Shown: positions 18,022 through 26,293 of the stretch, piece after piece
How positions within the stretch are numbered: position 1 is the stretch's first letter
How the letters are laid out: every line of letters begins with the position of its first letter
Notes under the pieces: generated by a model
The model's database searches: none
Seen by the model: the letters and a program-made list of their open reading frames with translations, nothing else
What the model was told of the DNA's origin: nothing
Assembly: GCF_005696695.1 (NCBI RefSeq)
Contig: NZ_CP040006.1
Coordinates: 810,001-842,000, forward strand
DNA from: Schaalia odontolytica
GTDB lineage: Bacteria > Actinomycetota > Actinomycetes > Actinomycetales > Actinomycetaceae
Reading direction: 5' to 3'
Length of the DNA stretch: 32,000 nt
Made by a program: the position numbers and the translations under genes

Positions 18022-18740
18022 GCACTGCCACCCCCGACCTCATCAAATCCGCCCCCTCCCCCCTGCGCATTGGCCTTGTTGGCTCGAGATTCACTGTGGT
18101 GCTCTACCTGCTGGTTGTGGGCCTCCAGTTCCTCACCAACTTGGCGATCAACGGCATCGTCTACCTCGCAGTCTCCGACATCGACAAGAACATTGAACAG
18201 TCCGCCACAAACTCCGCTTTTGTCACGGGTACTTTCCTCTTTATCTGCGGGATCGTCAGCGCTACCGTCGACTTGCGAGCCTCTGCTCTCAGCGGTGGAT
18301 CACGTACCGCACTCACTGTGGCGAGTTACGTGCACTCCGTTGTCATCATTGTCCTGGGGTCTCTTATCTGGTGGCTTCTTATCGCAATCCATCCCCTGCT
18401 CTTCTTCATGGGACGCGGCTCCTTTCCACTCGGCGTCGACACGTGGTTATTTGTTGTCTTCGCTTGGGTCGTCTGCGATGGGGCCGGACGTTTCATCGGA
18501 GGAGTTTCTCGTTGCGTCGGCTCGACCTGGAAGAGGGCTTTCGCGCTCATGCTCGCAATCCCGCTGGGTATCTGTAGCATTGGCGTGCCGATCACTTGGG
18601 TGATTCTCACGCTTGTCCACAAGTCAGGCTATCTGCCCCCGATGAACCCGGCCTTTTGGCTGCTCGGCCTTATTTCGGCAGCAGTTGTCGTCGCGGGCTG
18701 GCCCCTGACGGCATCCGGCCACATCCGTCGCGTCGGCTGA
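18018..18740 (+). CDS. Unclassified polytopic membrane protein (about 6 TM), presumed partner of the ABC ATPase
   Basis: 240 aa, hydrophobic segments throughout, translationally coupled (ATGA). I recognise no family motif. Codon usage is atypical, with many T-ending codons. Confidence 0.6.
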   Translation: MSTATPDLIKSAPSPLRIGLVGSRFTVVLYLLVVGLQFLTNLAINGIVYLAVSDIDKNIEQSATNSAFVTGTFLFICGIVSATVDLRASALSGGSRTALTVASYVHSVVIIVLGSLIWWLLIAIHPLLFFMGRGSFPLGVDTWLFVVFAWVVCDGAGRFIGGVSRCVGSTWKRAFALMLAIPLGICSIGVPITWVILTLVHKSGYLPPMNPAFWLLGLISAAVVVAGWPLTASGHIRRVG

Positions 18741-18777
18741 ATGCTAGTTGCACTGGGGAACATGACCCCTCGGCCCG

Positions 18778-18821
18778 GCCCCGGCCTTGTTCCCGCTTCA
18801 TCCAGGGACGAGGCCGGGGCT
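18778..18821 (+). terminator. Hairpin after the membrane-protein gene; conserved-hairpin family copy D
   Basis: GCCCCGGCCTTGTTCCC-gcttcatcca-GGGACGAGGCCGGGGCT. The right arm is identical to copy C over 17 nt. Confidence 0.7.
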
Positions 18822-18962
18822 CCTTCGTGCCAGCCACACGCGCACCTGTGGTGGGATCCATGGGTGCGCAAGCGGCGCGAAACCGCCCCACGCAGTAGTT
18901 ATCGGCTAGTATCGATGGCGACACGACAGCCAGTCGTGCCCCAAATACTCAAGGAGTGACAA

Positions 18963-20351
18963 GTGGCTAAGGGACCCTCCCGCCTCGACAACGTTATTAG
19001 CCTGGCCAAGCGCCGCGGCTTCGTCTTCCCCTGCGGTGACATCTACGGTGGCACCCGCTCCGCGTGGGACTACGGCCCGCTCGGCGTGGAACTGAAGGAA
19101 AACATCAAGCGCGCCTGGTGGAACGCCATGGTCCGCCGCCGCGCCGACGTCGTCGGCCTTGACTCCTCCGTCATCCTCCCGCGCGAAGTGTGGGTCGCCT
19201 CCGGCCACGTCAAGGCCTTCACCGACCCGCTCATCGAGTGCCTCAACTGCCACAAGCGCGCCCGCGAGGACCAGCTCATCGAAGAGCTCGCCGAAAAGAA
19301 GGGCGTCGAAGAGTCCTCCCTGACCACCGCCGACATCGCCTGCCCCAACTGTGGCGTGCGCGGCCAGTGGACCGAGCCCCGCGCCTTCTCCGGCCTGCTC
19401 AAGACCTACCTGGGCCCCGTCGACGACGAGGCCGGCCTGCACTACCTGCGCCCCGAGACCGCCCAGGGCATCTTCGTCAACTACGCGAACGTCATGAACG
19501 CCGCGCGCAAGAAGCCGCCGTTCGGCATCGGCCAGATCGGCAAGTCCTTCCGCAACGAGATCACGCCCGGCAACTTCATCTTCCGTACCCGCGAGTTCGA
19601 GCAGATGGAACTCGAGTTCTTCTGCGAGCCCGGCACCGATGAGGAATGGCACCAGTACTGGATCGACTACCGCAAGGCTTGGTACGTCGACCTCGGCATC
19701 GATCCCGAGAACCTGCGCGAGTACGAGCACCCGCAGGAGAAGCTCTCGCACTACTCCAAGCGCACCGTCGACCTGGAATACCGCTTCGGCTTCCAGGGCA
19801 GCGAGTGGGGCGAGCTCGAAGGCATCGCCAACCGCACCGACTACGACCTGACCGTCCACTCCGAGGCCTCCGGCGCGAAGCTCGACTACTTCGACCCGAA
19901 CACCAAGGAACGCTGGACCCCCTACGTCATCGAGCCCTCGGCGGGCCTGACCCGTTCCCTCATGGCCTTCCTCATCGAGGCCTACCACGAGGACGAGGCC
20001 CCCAACGCCAAGGGCGGCGTCGACAAGCGCGTCGTGCTCAAGCTGGACCCGCGCCTGGCCCCCGTCAAGGCCGCCGTCCTGCCCCTGTCCCGCAAGCCCG
20101 AACTGACCGGCCCCGCCCAGGAGCTGGCTGACGAGCTGCGCGGCATCTGGAACGTCGACTACGACGACGCCGGCGCCGTTGGCCGCCGCTACCGTCGCCA
20201 GGACGAGATCGGTACGCCCTTCTGCATCACCTACGACTTCGACTCGATCGAGGACCACGCCGTCACCATCCGTGAGCGTGACACGATGGAGCAGGTGCGC
20301 ATCCCGCTCGACAAGGTCAAGTCGTACCTGATCGAACGCCTGGGCTGCTGA
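18963..20351 (+). CDS. glyQS: Glycine--tRNA ligase (homodimeric alpha2 type)
   Basis: [40 protein letters not shown] and class II motifs. AAGGAG RBS upstream of GTG 18963. Confidence 0.94.
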   Translation: MAKGPSRLDNVISLAKRRGFVFPCGDIYGGTRSAWDYGPLGVELKENIKRAWWNAMVRRRADVVGLDSSVILPREVWVASGHVKAFTDPLIECLNCHKRAREDQLIEELAEKKGVEESSLTTADIACPNCGVRGQWTEPRAFSGLLKTYLGPVDDEAGLHYLRPETAQGIFVNYANVMNAARKKPPFGIGQIGKSFRNEITPGNFIFRTREFEQMELEFFCEPGTDEEWHQYWIDYRKAWYVDLGIDPENLREYEHPQEKLSHYSKRTVDLEYRFGFQGSEWGELEGIANRTDYDLTVHSEASGAKLDYFDPNTKERWTPYVIEPSAGLTRSLMAFLIEAYHEDEAPNAKGGVDKRVVLKLDPRLAPVKAAVLPLSRKPELTGPAQELADELRGIWNVDYDDAGAVGRRYRRQDEIGTPFCITYDFDSIEDHAVTIRERDTMEQVRIPLDKVKSYLIERLGC

Positions 20352-20352
20352 C

Positions 20353-21669
20353 TTGCAGATAGCCTCAACATCCGCAGCGGCCCCTCTTCGCGTGGGGCCG
20401 CTGCGCCTGTGGACACCCGTCGTCCTGGCCCCCATGGCCGGGGTGACGGACGTGCCCTTCCGACGCCTGTGCCGCATCATGGGCGAGTCGGGCCTGCCCG
20501 ACCACCTGCGACCCACCGGCATCCCCTCCTGGGCGGCCGAGTCGGGGGAGGGGGCCACGGCCTCGTCCCCGAAGAACCCCGGTGAGGCTATGAGCGAGCC
20601 GCGCCACGTCGCCATCCCGCACGTGGACGCGCCCGCCGGCCTGTACGTCACCGAGATGGTGACCAGCCGCGCCCTCGTCGAGGAGAATGAGCGCACCCTG
20701 GAAATGGTGCGCCCCGACCCCGCCGAGCGCGTTCGCTCCCTGCAGCTCTACGGCGTCAACCCTGCCGTCATGGCGAAGGCCGCGACGATGCTCGTCGAGC
20801 GCGACCTCACCGACCACATCGACCTGAACTTCGGGTGCCCCGTCCCCAAGGTGACGAAGAAGGGTGGGGGAGCGGCCCTGCCCTGGAAGCGTGACCTGTT
20901 CTCCGACCTCGTGGGTGCCGTCGTGCGCGCCTGCGACGAGGCCGGGGAGCGCGCGGGGCGCGAGATCCCGGTGACCGTCAAGATCCGCATCGGCATCGAC
21001 TCCGAGCACGAGACCGCGACCGACGCGGCGCTCGCTGCGCAAAAGCTTGGCGCCGCCGCGCTGACCCTGCACGCGCGCACGCAGAACCAGCACTACGCGG
21101 GCCAGGCCCACTGGGACGAGATTGCGCGCCTCAAAGAGCTGCTCGACATCCCCGTCTTCGGTAACGGCGACGTCTTCGAGGCCGCCGACGCCCTGGCCAT
21201 GCTGGAGCGCACCGGCTGTGACGGTATCAGCGTCGGGCGCGGTGCCCAGGGACGCCCCTGGATCTTCCGCGACATCGTTGCCGCCTACCACGGCGGGACG
21301 ATCCCGCCCGGCCCCAGCCTCGCCGAGGTCGTCTCCGTCATCGAGCGTCACGCCGCCTGGTGCGTCGTCGACCAGGGCGACGAGGGGCGCGCGCTGCGCG
21401 AGATGCGCAAGCACATCGGCTGGTACCTGCGCGGATTCGCCGTCGGCGGCCCCCAGCGCCACGCACTGTCCATGGTCTCGACCCTCCAGGAGCTCCACGA
21501 GCGCCTCGCGGACCTCGACCTCGACCAGGCCTTCCCGCCCGCCGCGCGCGGACCTCGCGGCCGAGCAGGCGGCGAAAAGACCCCCCACCTGCCCGACGGC
21601 TGGCTGGACCACCCCTACCTCACGCAGAGCGAACGAGATCGCCTGCACCTGGCTGAAATCGGATACTAA
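20353..21669 (+). CDS. dus: tRNA-dihydrouridine synthase (Dus family) with about 50-aa internal insertion
   Basis: VVLAPMAGVTDVPFR, DLNFGCPVPKVTKKGGGAAL, VTVKIRIG, LHARTQNQHY, NGD. The start is uncertain: TTG 20353 lies 1 nt after the glyQS stop and has no clear RBS. Confidence 0.85.
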   Translation: MQIASTSAAAPLRVGPLRLWTPVVLAPMAGVTDVPFRRLCRIMGESGLPDHLRPTGIPSWAAESGEGATASSPKNPGEAMSEPRHVAIPHVDAPAGLYVTEMVTSRALVEENERTLEMVRPDPAERVRSLQLYGVNPAVMAKAATMLVERDLTDHIDLNFGCPVPKVTKKGGGAALPWKRDLFSDLVGAVVRACDEAGERAGREIPVTVKIRIGIDSEHETATDAALAAQKLGAAALTLHARTQNQHYAGQAHWDEIARLKELLDIPVFGNGDVFEAADALAMLERTGCDGISVGRGAQGRPWIFRDIVAAYHGGTIPPGPSLAEVVSVIERHAAWCVVDQGDEGRALREMRKHIGWYLRGFAVGGPQRHALSMVSTLQELHERLADLDLDQAFPPAARGPRGRAGGEKTPHLPDGWLDHPYLTQSERDRLHLAEIGY

Positions 21670-21680
21670 GCGAAGGAATC

Positions 21681-22505
21681 ATGCCTCACCCATCTGCGCC
21701 CGACCCTGACCCTGCGCCCGGACTCGTCACCATCGGGCGAGCCGCCAAGAAGGCGACGCTCGGGGGACGTACCCAGGTCATCGTTCCCGTTAGCGGGGAC
21801 GCGGCAGCCCTGAGCGGGCAGGTCGAGGCGCTGGCCTCGTGCCGTGCGGACATCGTCGAGTGGAGAGTCGACGCCTTCCTGTCTTCCCTTGTGGGGTCGC
21901 ACTTTGTGGCCGCCTCGGACGTGGAGGAGGACTTGGTGCGCATGGCCCGCTACGTCGCGGATTCCTCTCCGCTGCCGGTTTTGGCGACCATCCGCACGTC
22001 GGTCGAGGGCGGTCAGGCATACCTGGACGACGAGGAATACTGCGCCCTCGTGCGTCGGCTTGCGTCCTTCGCGGGAGGTGTGGACGTGGAGATCTCGCGC
22101 GATGGGTCCTCCGCGCTTATCGAGGAGGCGCACGAGGCCGGGACGATTGTCGTCTCTTCCTTCCACGATTTTGAGGGGACTCCTGGCGACGAGCAGCTCG
22201 CCGAGGTGCTCGCGGCCATGAACTACGCGGGCGCCGACGTCCTGAAGTTCGCGTGCATGGCGAACAGTGCCACGGACGCGGCCCGCGTGCTGGCCGCGCA
22301 GGCGTGGGCGCGCGAGGCCTACGATCGCCCCGTCATCGGCATCTCCATGGGGGAACACGGCGCACCCACGCGCCTGGTCGGCTCTGCCCTCGGGTCCGCG
22401 GCCACCTTTGCGACCTTGCCCGGCTGGCAGGGGAGCGCCCCCGGCCAGTTCACCGTCGAGCAGGTGCGAACCGTCTTGGATATCGTCGAGGGGCCCGAGG
22501 CCTAG
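21681..22505 (+). CDS. aroD: Type I 3-dehydroquinate dehydratase
   Basis: EWRVD, IRTSVEGG, SFHDFEGTP, the catalytic-Lys context LKFACMA, and GISMGEHGAPTR. GAAGGA RBS. Confidence 0.85.
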   Translation: MPHPSAPDPDPAPGLVTIGRAAKKATLGGRTQVIVPVSGDAAALSGQVEALASCRADIVEWRVDAFLSSLVGSHFVAASDVEEDLVRMARYVADSSPLPVLATIRTSVEGGQAYLDDEEYCALVRRLASFAGGVDVEISRDGSSALIEEAHEAGTIVVSSFHDFEGTPGDEQLAEVLAAMNYAGADVLKFACMANSATDAARVLAAQAWAREAYDRPVIGISMGEHGAPTRLVGSALGSAATFATLPGWQGSAPGQFTVEQVRTVLDIVEGPEA

Positions 22506-22544
22506 AGCTTACTGCGCGGGGTCCGTATACCCGCAATAACGTCT

Positions 22545-22576
22545 GAGGGGCGCTGGAGAGTTCTCCAGCGCCCCTC
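22545..22576 (+). terminator. Hairpin after aroD
   Basis: GAGGGGCGCTGGAGA-gt-TCTCCAGCGCCCCTC. Confidence 0.65.
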
Positions 22577-22630
22577 GCGCTATGTGTCCGGTTGCCGCAT
22601 ACATCGGTGATAAGCGGGGTAGAAACGCGT

Positions 22631-22660
22631 GTGGGTGCGGGCCGAGAGGCCCGCACCCAC
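22631..22660 (-). terminator. Hairpin after the PTS gene
   Basis: GTGGGTGCGGGCC-gaga-GGCCCGCACCCAC, located 27 nt past the PTS stop. Confidence 0.65.
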
Positions 22661-22686
22661 AGCTATGTCAGCGATGCTCGGAGAGC

Positions 22687-24759
22687 TCACGCCTCCTTGG
22701 GGGACACCGTCACGACTGTGTCGGTGATACCCACCGGGCCGGGGGCGGCCGGGGTGATCTCGCCGAACTTCTTCTTGTTCGTCACGACCATCGGGGTGAT
22801 CGTGTCGTAGCCGGCCTCGCGGATGACATCCCAGTCAACCTCAGCCAGGACGTCGCCGCGCTTGACGACATCGCCCTTGGCGACGCGCGGCGTGAAGCCC
22901 TTACCTTCCAGCTTCACTGTGTCCATGCCGATGTGGATGAGCACCTGGACGCCGGACGCGGACTTGATGCCGTAGGCGTGGCCCGTCGGGAACGCGACCG
23001 ACACCTTGCCGTCGCACGGGGCAACAACCACGGCGCCAGCAGCCGGGGAGACGGCGATGCCGGGGCCGAGCGCGCCGGCGGCAAAGGCCTCGTCGGCAAC
23101 GTCCGACAGCGCAACCGTCGTACCCGCCATGGGGGAGGTGAGCGTCAGGTCAGCCTTCGCCTCGTCGCTGAAATCGGAAGCGGCCTCGGCCACCGCAGCG
23201 GCGGCAGGAGCAGCAGCGGGGGCGGGAGCGGCGGACGGAACAGTCGCGGGGGCGTCGTCCTCGAGGAGGGACTTCTTGGCGCGAACCTCAGCCTTCTGCT
23301 CCTTCGTGCGGTAGTCGAAGAAGACGACCATGAGGAACGCCGTGAAGAATGCGGCGGCAATACCAAGGCCATAGACGGACATGGGCGAGAAGACCGGGAT
23401 CGTCAGCAGCGACGTGAACACGAAGGTGTGCGTGATTGCGCCGCGACCGATGCCGATGACCAGACCGCCGACGACACAGCCGGTGAGCATCAGCGGGTAG
23501 ATACGCTTGAAACGCAGGTGGATGCCGTACAGAGACGGCTCGGAAATACCGCCGAAGAGGCCGGCCGCCAGGGCGCCGGACGCGGTCTGGCGCATATCGG
23601 TGTCGCGGTCGCGGATCGACAGGAAGAGTACACCGGCCGTTGCGCCGAAGCAGGCGAAGTTCCACGCGCCCATGGGGCCTTGGATGAAGTCCGAACCCGT
23701 CGAGGCGATGTTCGCCAGCTGCAGGGCGTTGAGCGGCCAGTGCAGACCCAGTGGCACCAGGAAGGGGTAGATGATCGGGATGATGATCGCGAAGACAATC
23801 GGCGCGGTGGCGTTCAGCCATGCCAGTCCGGCACCCAGGCCGTTACCGATCCAGATCGACAGAGGGCCGATCAGGAAGGCGGTGAGCGGCATGATGATGA
23901 TGAAGGAGATGAAGGGGACGAACACCATCTGGACGTTCGAGGGGATGATCTTCTTCAGTCCCTTGTAGAGCAGGGCGAGGATCGGCACCATCAGCAGCGG
24001 CACGAAGACCTGGCCGCCGTAGTCAGACAGCTGCAGGGGCAGAGTACCGATCAGTGGAACATTGTCGATGTGGGCGGTGCACTGCAGCAGGTCGTCGCGG
24101 CCTTCGACGAGCTGGAAGCAGGTGGTGCTCGCGAACTTGTCCGTGTTGCTCAGGCCCGTGAAGTTGGGGGTGAGCAGCGACAGAATGACGGCCGTGCCGA
24201 CCCAGGGATCGATGTCCAACTTCTTGGAGGCGTTGTAGGCGACCATCGCGGGCAAGAAGTAGAAGACCGCGCGCCACATGGAGTTCACGTAACCCAGCCA
24301 CGGGGGGATGATTTTCGCGTGCGTATCAACGACGCCAAAGGCTTCAAGAACCGCGAGGAACGCCAGGATCAGGGAGGCGCCGAGCAGGACGGGCAGCAGC
24401 GGGCGGAACGAGTCCGACAGGTACTCGAAGAAAGCGTCTACGATGGCGTTCTTGCCGCGCGCCTTCGCGCGGGCGGCGGCCTTGACATCGTCGTTCGAGG
24501 CTGCGGCGCCCGACTTCATCGACGGCAGGTTGTTGATCTCGTTGAAGACCGACTGCACGGCACCGCCGATAACGATCTGGTAGCGGTCCCCCGACTGCGG
24601 GACGGCACCGAGGACGCCGTCAATGGCCTCGACTCGGTCCTTGTCGACGACCGACGCGTCCTTGAGTTCAAAGCGCAGACGCGTCGCGCAGTGGGTGAAG
24701 TGGGTGATGTTGCCGGGGCCACCGACCGCATCGAGGATTTCCTGTGCCGTGTTGGACAC
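22687..24759 (-). CDS. PTS sugar transporter, fused EIIB-EIIC-EIIA (glucose/beta-glucoside/sucrose superfamily)
   Basis: EIIB motif THCATRLRF, EIIC motif GGISEPSLYG, an Ala/Pro linker, and EIIA motifs GHAYGI...VLIHIGMDTV. I trimmed the start to GTG 24759 (VSNTAQEILDAVGG), preceded by GGAAGGAG. Confidence 0.88.
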   Translation of the reverse strand: MSNTAQEILDAVGGPGNITHFTHCATRLRFELKDASVVDKDRVEAIDGVLGAVPQSGDRYQIVIGGAVQSVFNEINNLPSMKSGAAASNDDVKAAARAKARGKNAIVDAFFEYLSDSFRPLLPVLLGASLILAFLAVLEAFGVVDTHAKIIPPWLGYVNSMWRAVFYFLPAMVAYNASKKLDIDPWVGTAVILSLLTPNFTGLSNTDKFASTTCFQLVEGRDDLLQCTAHIDNVPLIGTLPLQLSDYGGQVFVPLLMVPILALLYKGLKKIIPSNVQMVFVPFISFIIIMPLTAFLIGPLSIWIGNGLGAGLAWLNATAPIVFAIIIPIIYPFLVPLGLHWPLNALQLANIASTGSDFIQGPMGAWNFACFGATAGVLFLSIRDRDTDMRQTASGALAAGLFGGISEPSLYGIHLRFKRIYPLMLTGCVVGGLVIGIGRGAITHTFVFTSLLTIPVFSPMSVYGLGIAAAFFTAFLMVVFFDYRTKEQKAEVRAKKSLLEDDAPATVPSAAPAPAAAPAAAAVAEAASDFSDEAKADLTLTSPMAGTTVALSDVADEAFAAGALGPGIAVSPAAGAVVVAPCDGKVSVAFPTGHAYGIKSASGVQVLIHIGMDTVKLEGKGFTPRVAKGDVVKRGDVLAEVDWDVIREAGYDTITPMVVTNKKKFGEITPAAPGPVGITDTVVTVSPKEA

Positions 24760-24943
24760 TCGGGACTCCTTCCGTGGATGAGGATTCGACGCTGAATGCG
24801 ACACTTGACAATTAGCATGTTTGAACAAATGCTGAAAGATCCGACGGGGCATCTCACAGTAACTTCGCGGTGATTTTCAGTGCTTTTACAGTAACGAGGC
24901 TTGGGCCCGTTTCGCGCAGGCCTTTCCCTAGTAAAATGGCCCC

Positions 24944-26248
24944 GTGAATGAGTTTTCCTTGGCAATCCCCGGTGTTGATGGTGGCGACGCGCGCCGCCCG
25001 TACGCGTCCGCCGATTCCGAGCGCTGGGTGCCCGAGGACCACAAGTCCTCCGAGCGCACCGAGTTTGAGCGCGACCGCGCGCGCATCCTCCACTCCTCGG
25101 CGCTGCGTCGCCTCGGCGAAAAGACGCAGGTGCTGGGCCCGATCTCGGACGATTTCGTGCGCACCCGCCTCACGCACTCTCTCGAGGTCGCCCAGGTGGG
25201 CCGCGAGCTCGGCAAGGAGCTGGGGGCCGACCCGGATGTCGTGGACGCCGCGTGTCTGTCCCACGACCTCGGGCATCCCCCGTTTGGACACAACGGCGAG
25301 CGCGCCCTGGACGCGGCGGCCGCCTCGATCGGCGGGTTCGAGGGAAACGCCCAGACCCTGCGCGTCGTCACGCGCCTGGAGCCCAAGGTCATCGGCGCGG
25401 GCGGCGTTCCCGCTGGCCTCAACCTGACGCGGGCGACCCTGGACGCGATCTGCAAGTACCCGTGGGTCAAGGCCGGCGGCCCGGACCTGGCCAAGTCGAC
25501 GCGCAAGTACTCCGTGTACCCCGACGACGCGCCCGTTTTCGCGTGGATGCGCCAGGGCGCACCGGCCGGCCGGCGATGCCTGGAGGCCCAGATCATGGAC
25601 CTTTCGGACGATATCGCCTACTCGGTGCACGACGTGGAGGATGCGGTCGCGACCCGCAAGCTGGACCCCGTGGACCTCTTCGATGACGCGCACTGCTCGG
25701 CGGTCGTGGCCTCGACCCTGGACTGGTACGGGCCCTCGGTCGCGCGCTCGGACCTGGAAGACGCCCTCGAACGCATCGTCTCCATGCCCGTGTGGCTGCG
25801 CTCCTTCGACGGGTCCTACGCCTCCCTCGCGCACCTGAAGGATGCGACGAGCGAGCTGATCGGCCGCTTCTGCTCGGCGACCGTGGCCGCCACGCGCGAG
25901 ACCTTCGGGCACGAGCCGCTGGGTCGCTACCGCGCGGACCTCGTCGTGCCGCGTGAGGTGCGCGCTGAGATTCAGATCCTCAAGGGCATGGCCGTCCACT
26001 ACGTCATGAGCCCGCGCGAGACCGAGCCGGTGTACTACCAGCAGCGCACGCTCCTGGCCGACCTCGTCGACGCCCTCTACGAGGCCGGGGCCGACGCCCT
26101 CGAACCTGTGTTCGCCGCGCAGTGGCGGGCCGCCTCCGACGACGGCGTGCGCCTGCGCGCGGTCATCGACCAGGTCGCTTCGCTCACCGACGTGTCTGCC
26201 TCCGCGTGGCACGCCCGCTGGTGCGGCATGCTGTCCTCGCAGCTGTGA
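24944..26248 (+). CDS. dgt: dGTP triphosphohydrolase-like HD-domain protein
   Basis: [38 protein letters not shown] and [12 protein letters not shown] motifs. GTG 24944 has TAAAAT ending 6 nt upstream. Confidence 0.9.
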   Translation: MNEFSLAIPGVDGGDARRPYASADSERWVPEDHKSSERTEFERDRARILHSSALRRLGEKTQVLGPISDDFVRTRLTHSLEVAQVGRELGKELGADPDVVDAACLSHDLGHPPFGHNGERALDAAAASIGGFEGNAQTLRVVTRLEPKVIGAGGVPAGLNLTRATLDAICKYPWVKAGGPDLAKSTRKYSVYPDDAPVFAWMRQGAPAGRRCLEAQIMDLSDDIAYSVHDVEDAVATRKLDPVDLFDDAHCSAVVASTLDWYGPSVARSDLEDALERIVSMPVWLRSFDGSYASLAHLKDATSELIGRFCSATVAATRETFGHEPLGRYRADLVVPREVRAEIQILKGMAVHYVMSPRETEPVYYQQRTLLADLVDALYEAGADALEPVFAAQWRAASDDGVRLRAVIDQVASLTDVSASAWHARWCGMLSSQL

Positions 26249-26293
26249 GCATGATCGGACGCAGACGTGGGCGGGCATCGGTAGACTGAGATC

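Noticed and set aside
18822-18962. Possible T-box or other riboswitch leader upstream of glyQS.
   Set aside because: Only about 140 nt is available after the upstream terminator, which is too short for a T-box. I could not find a specifier loop or T-box sequence, or a terminator/antiterminator pair. Only a weak 5-bp stem is present (about 18924-18938).
24815-24832. Quasi-palindrome GCATGTTTGAACAAATGC upstream of the PTS gene, considered as a LacI-type operator.
   Set aside because: Only 6 of 9 positions pair, and there is no central CG typical of LacI-family sites. I kept it only as a note inside the orphan-PTS finding.
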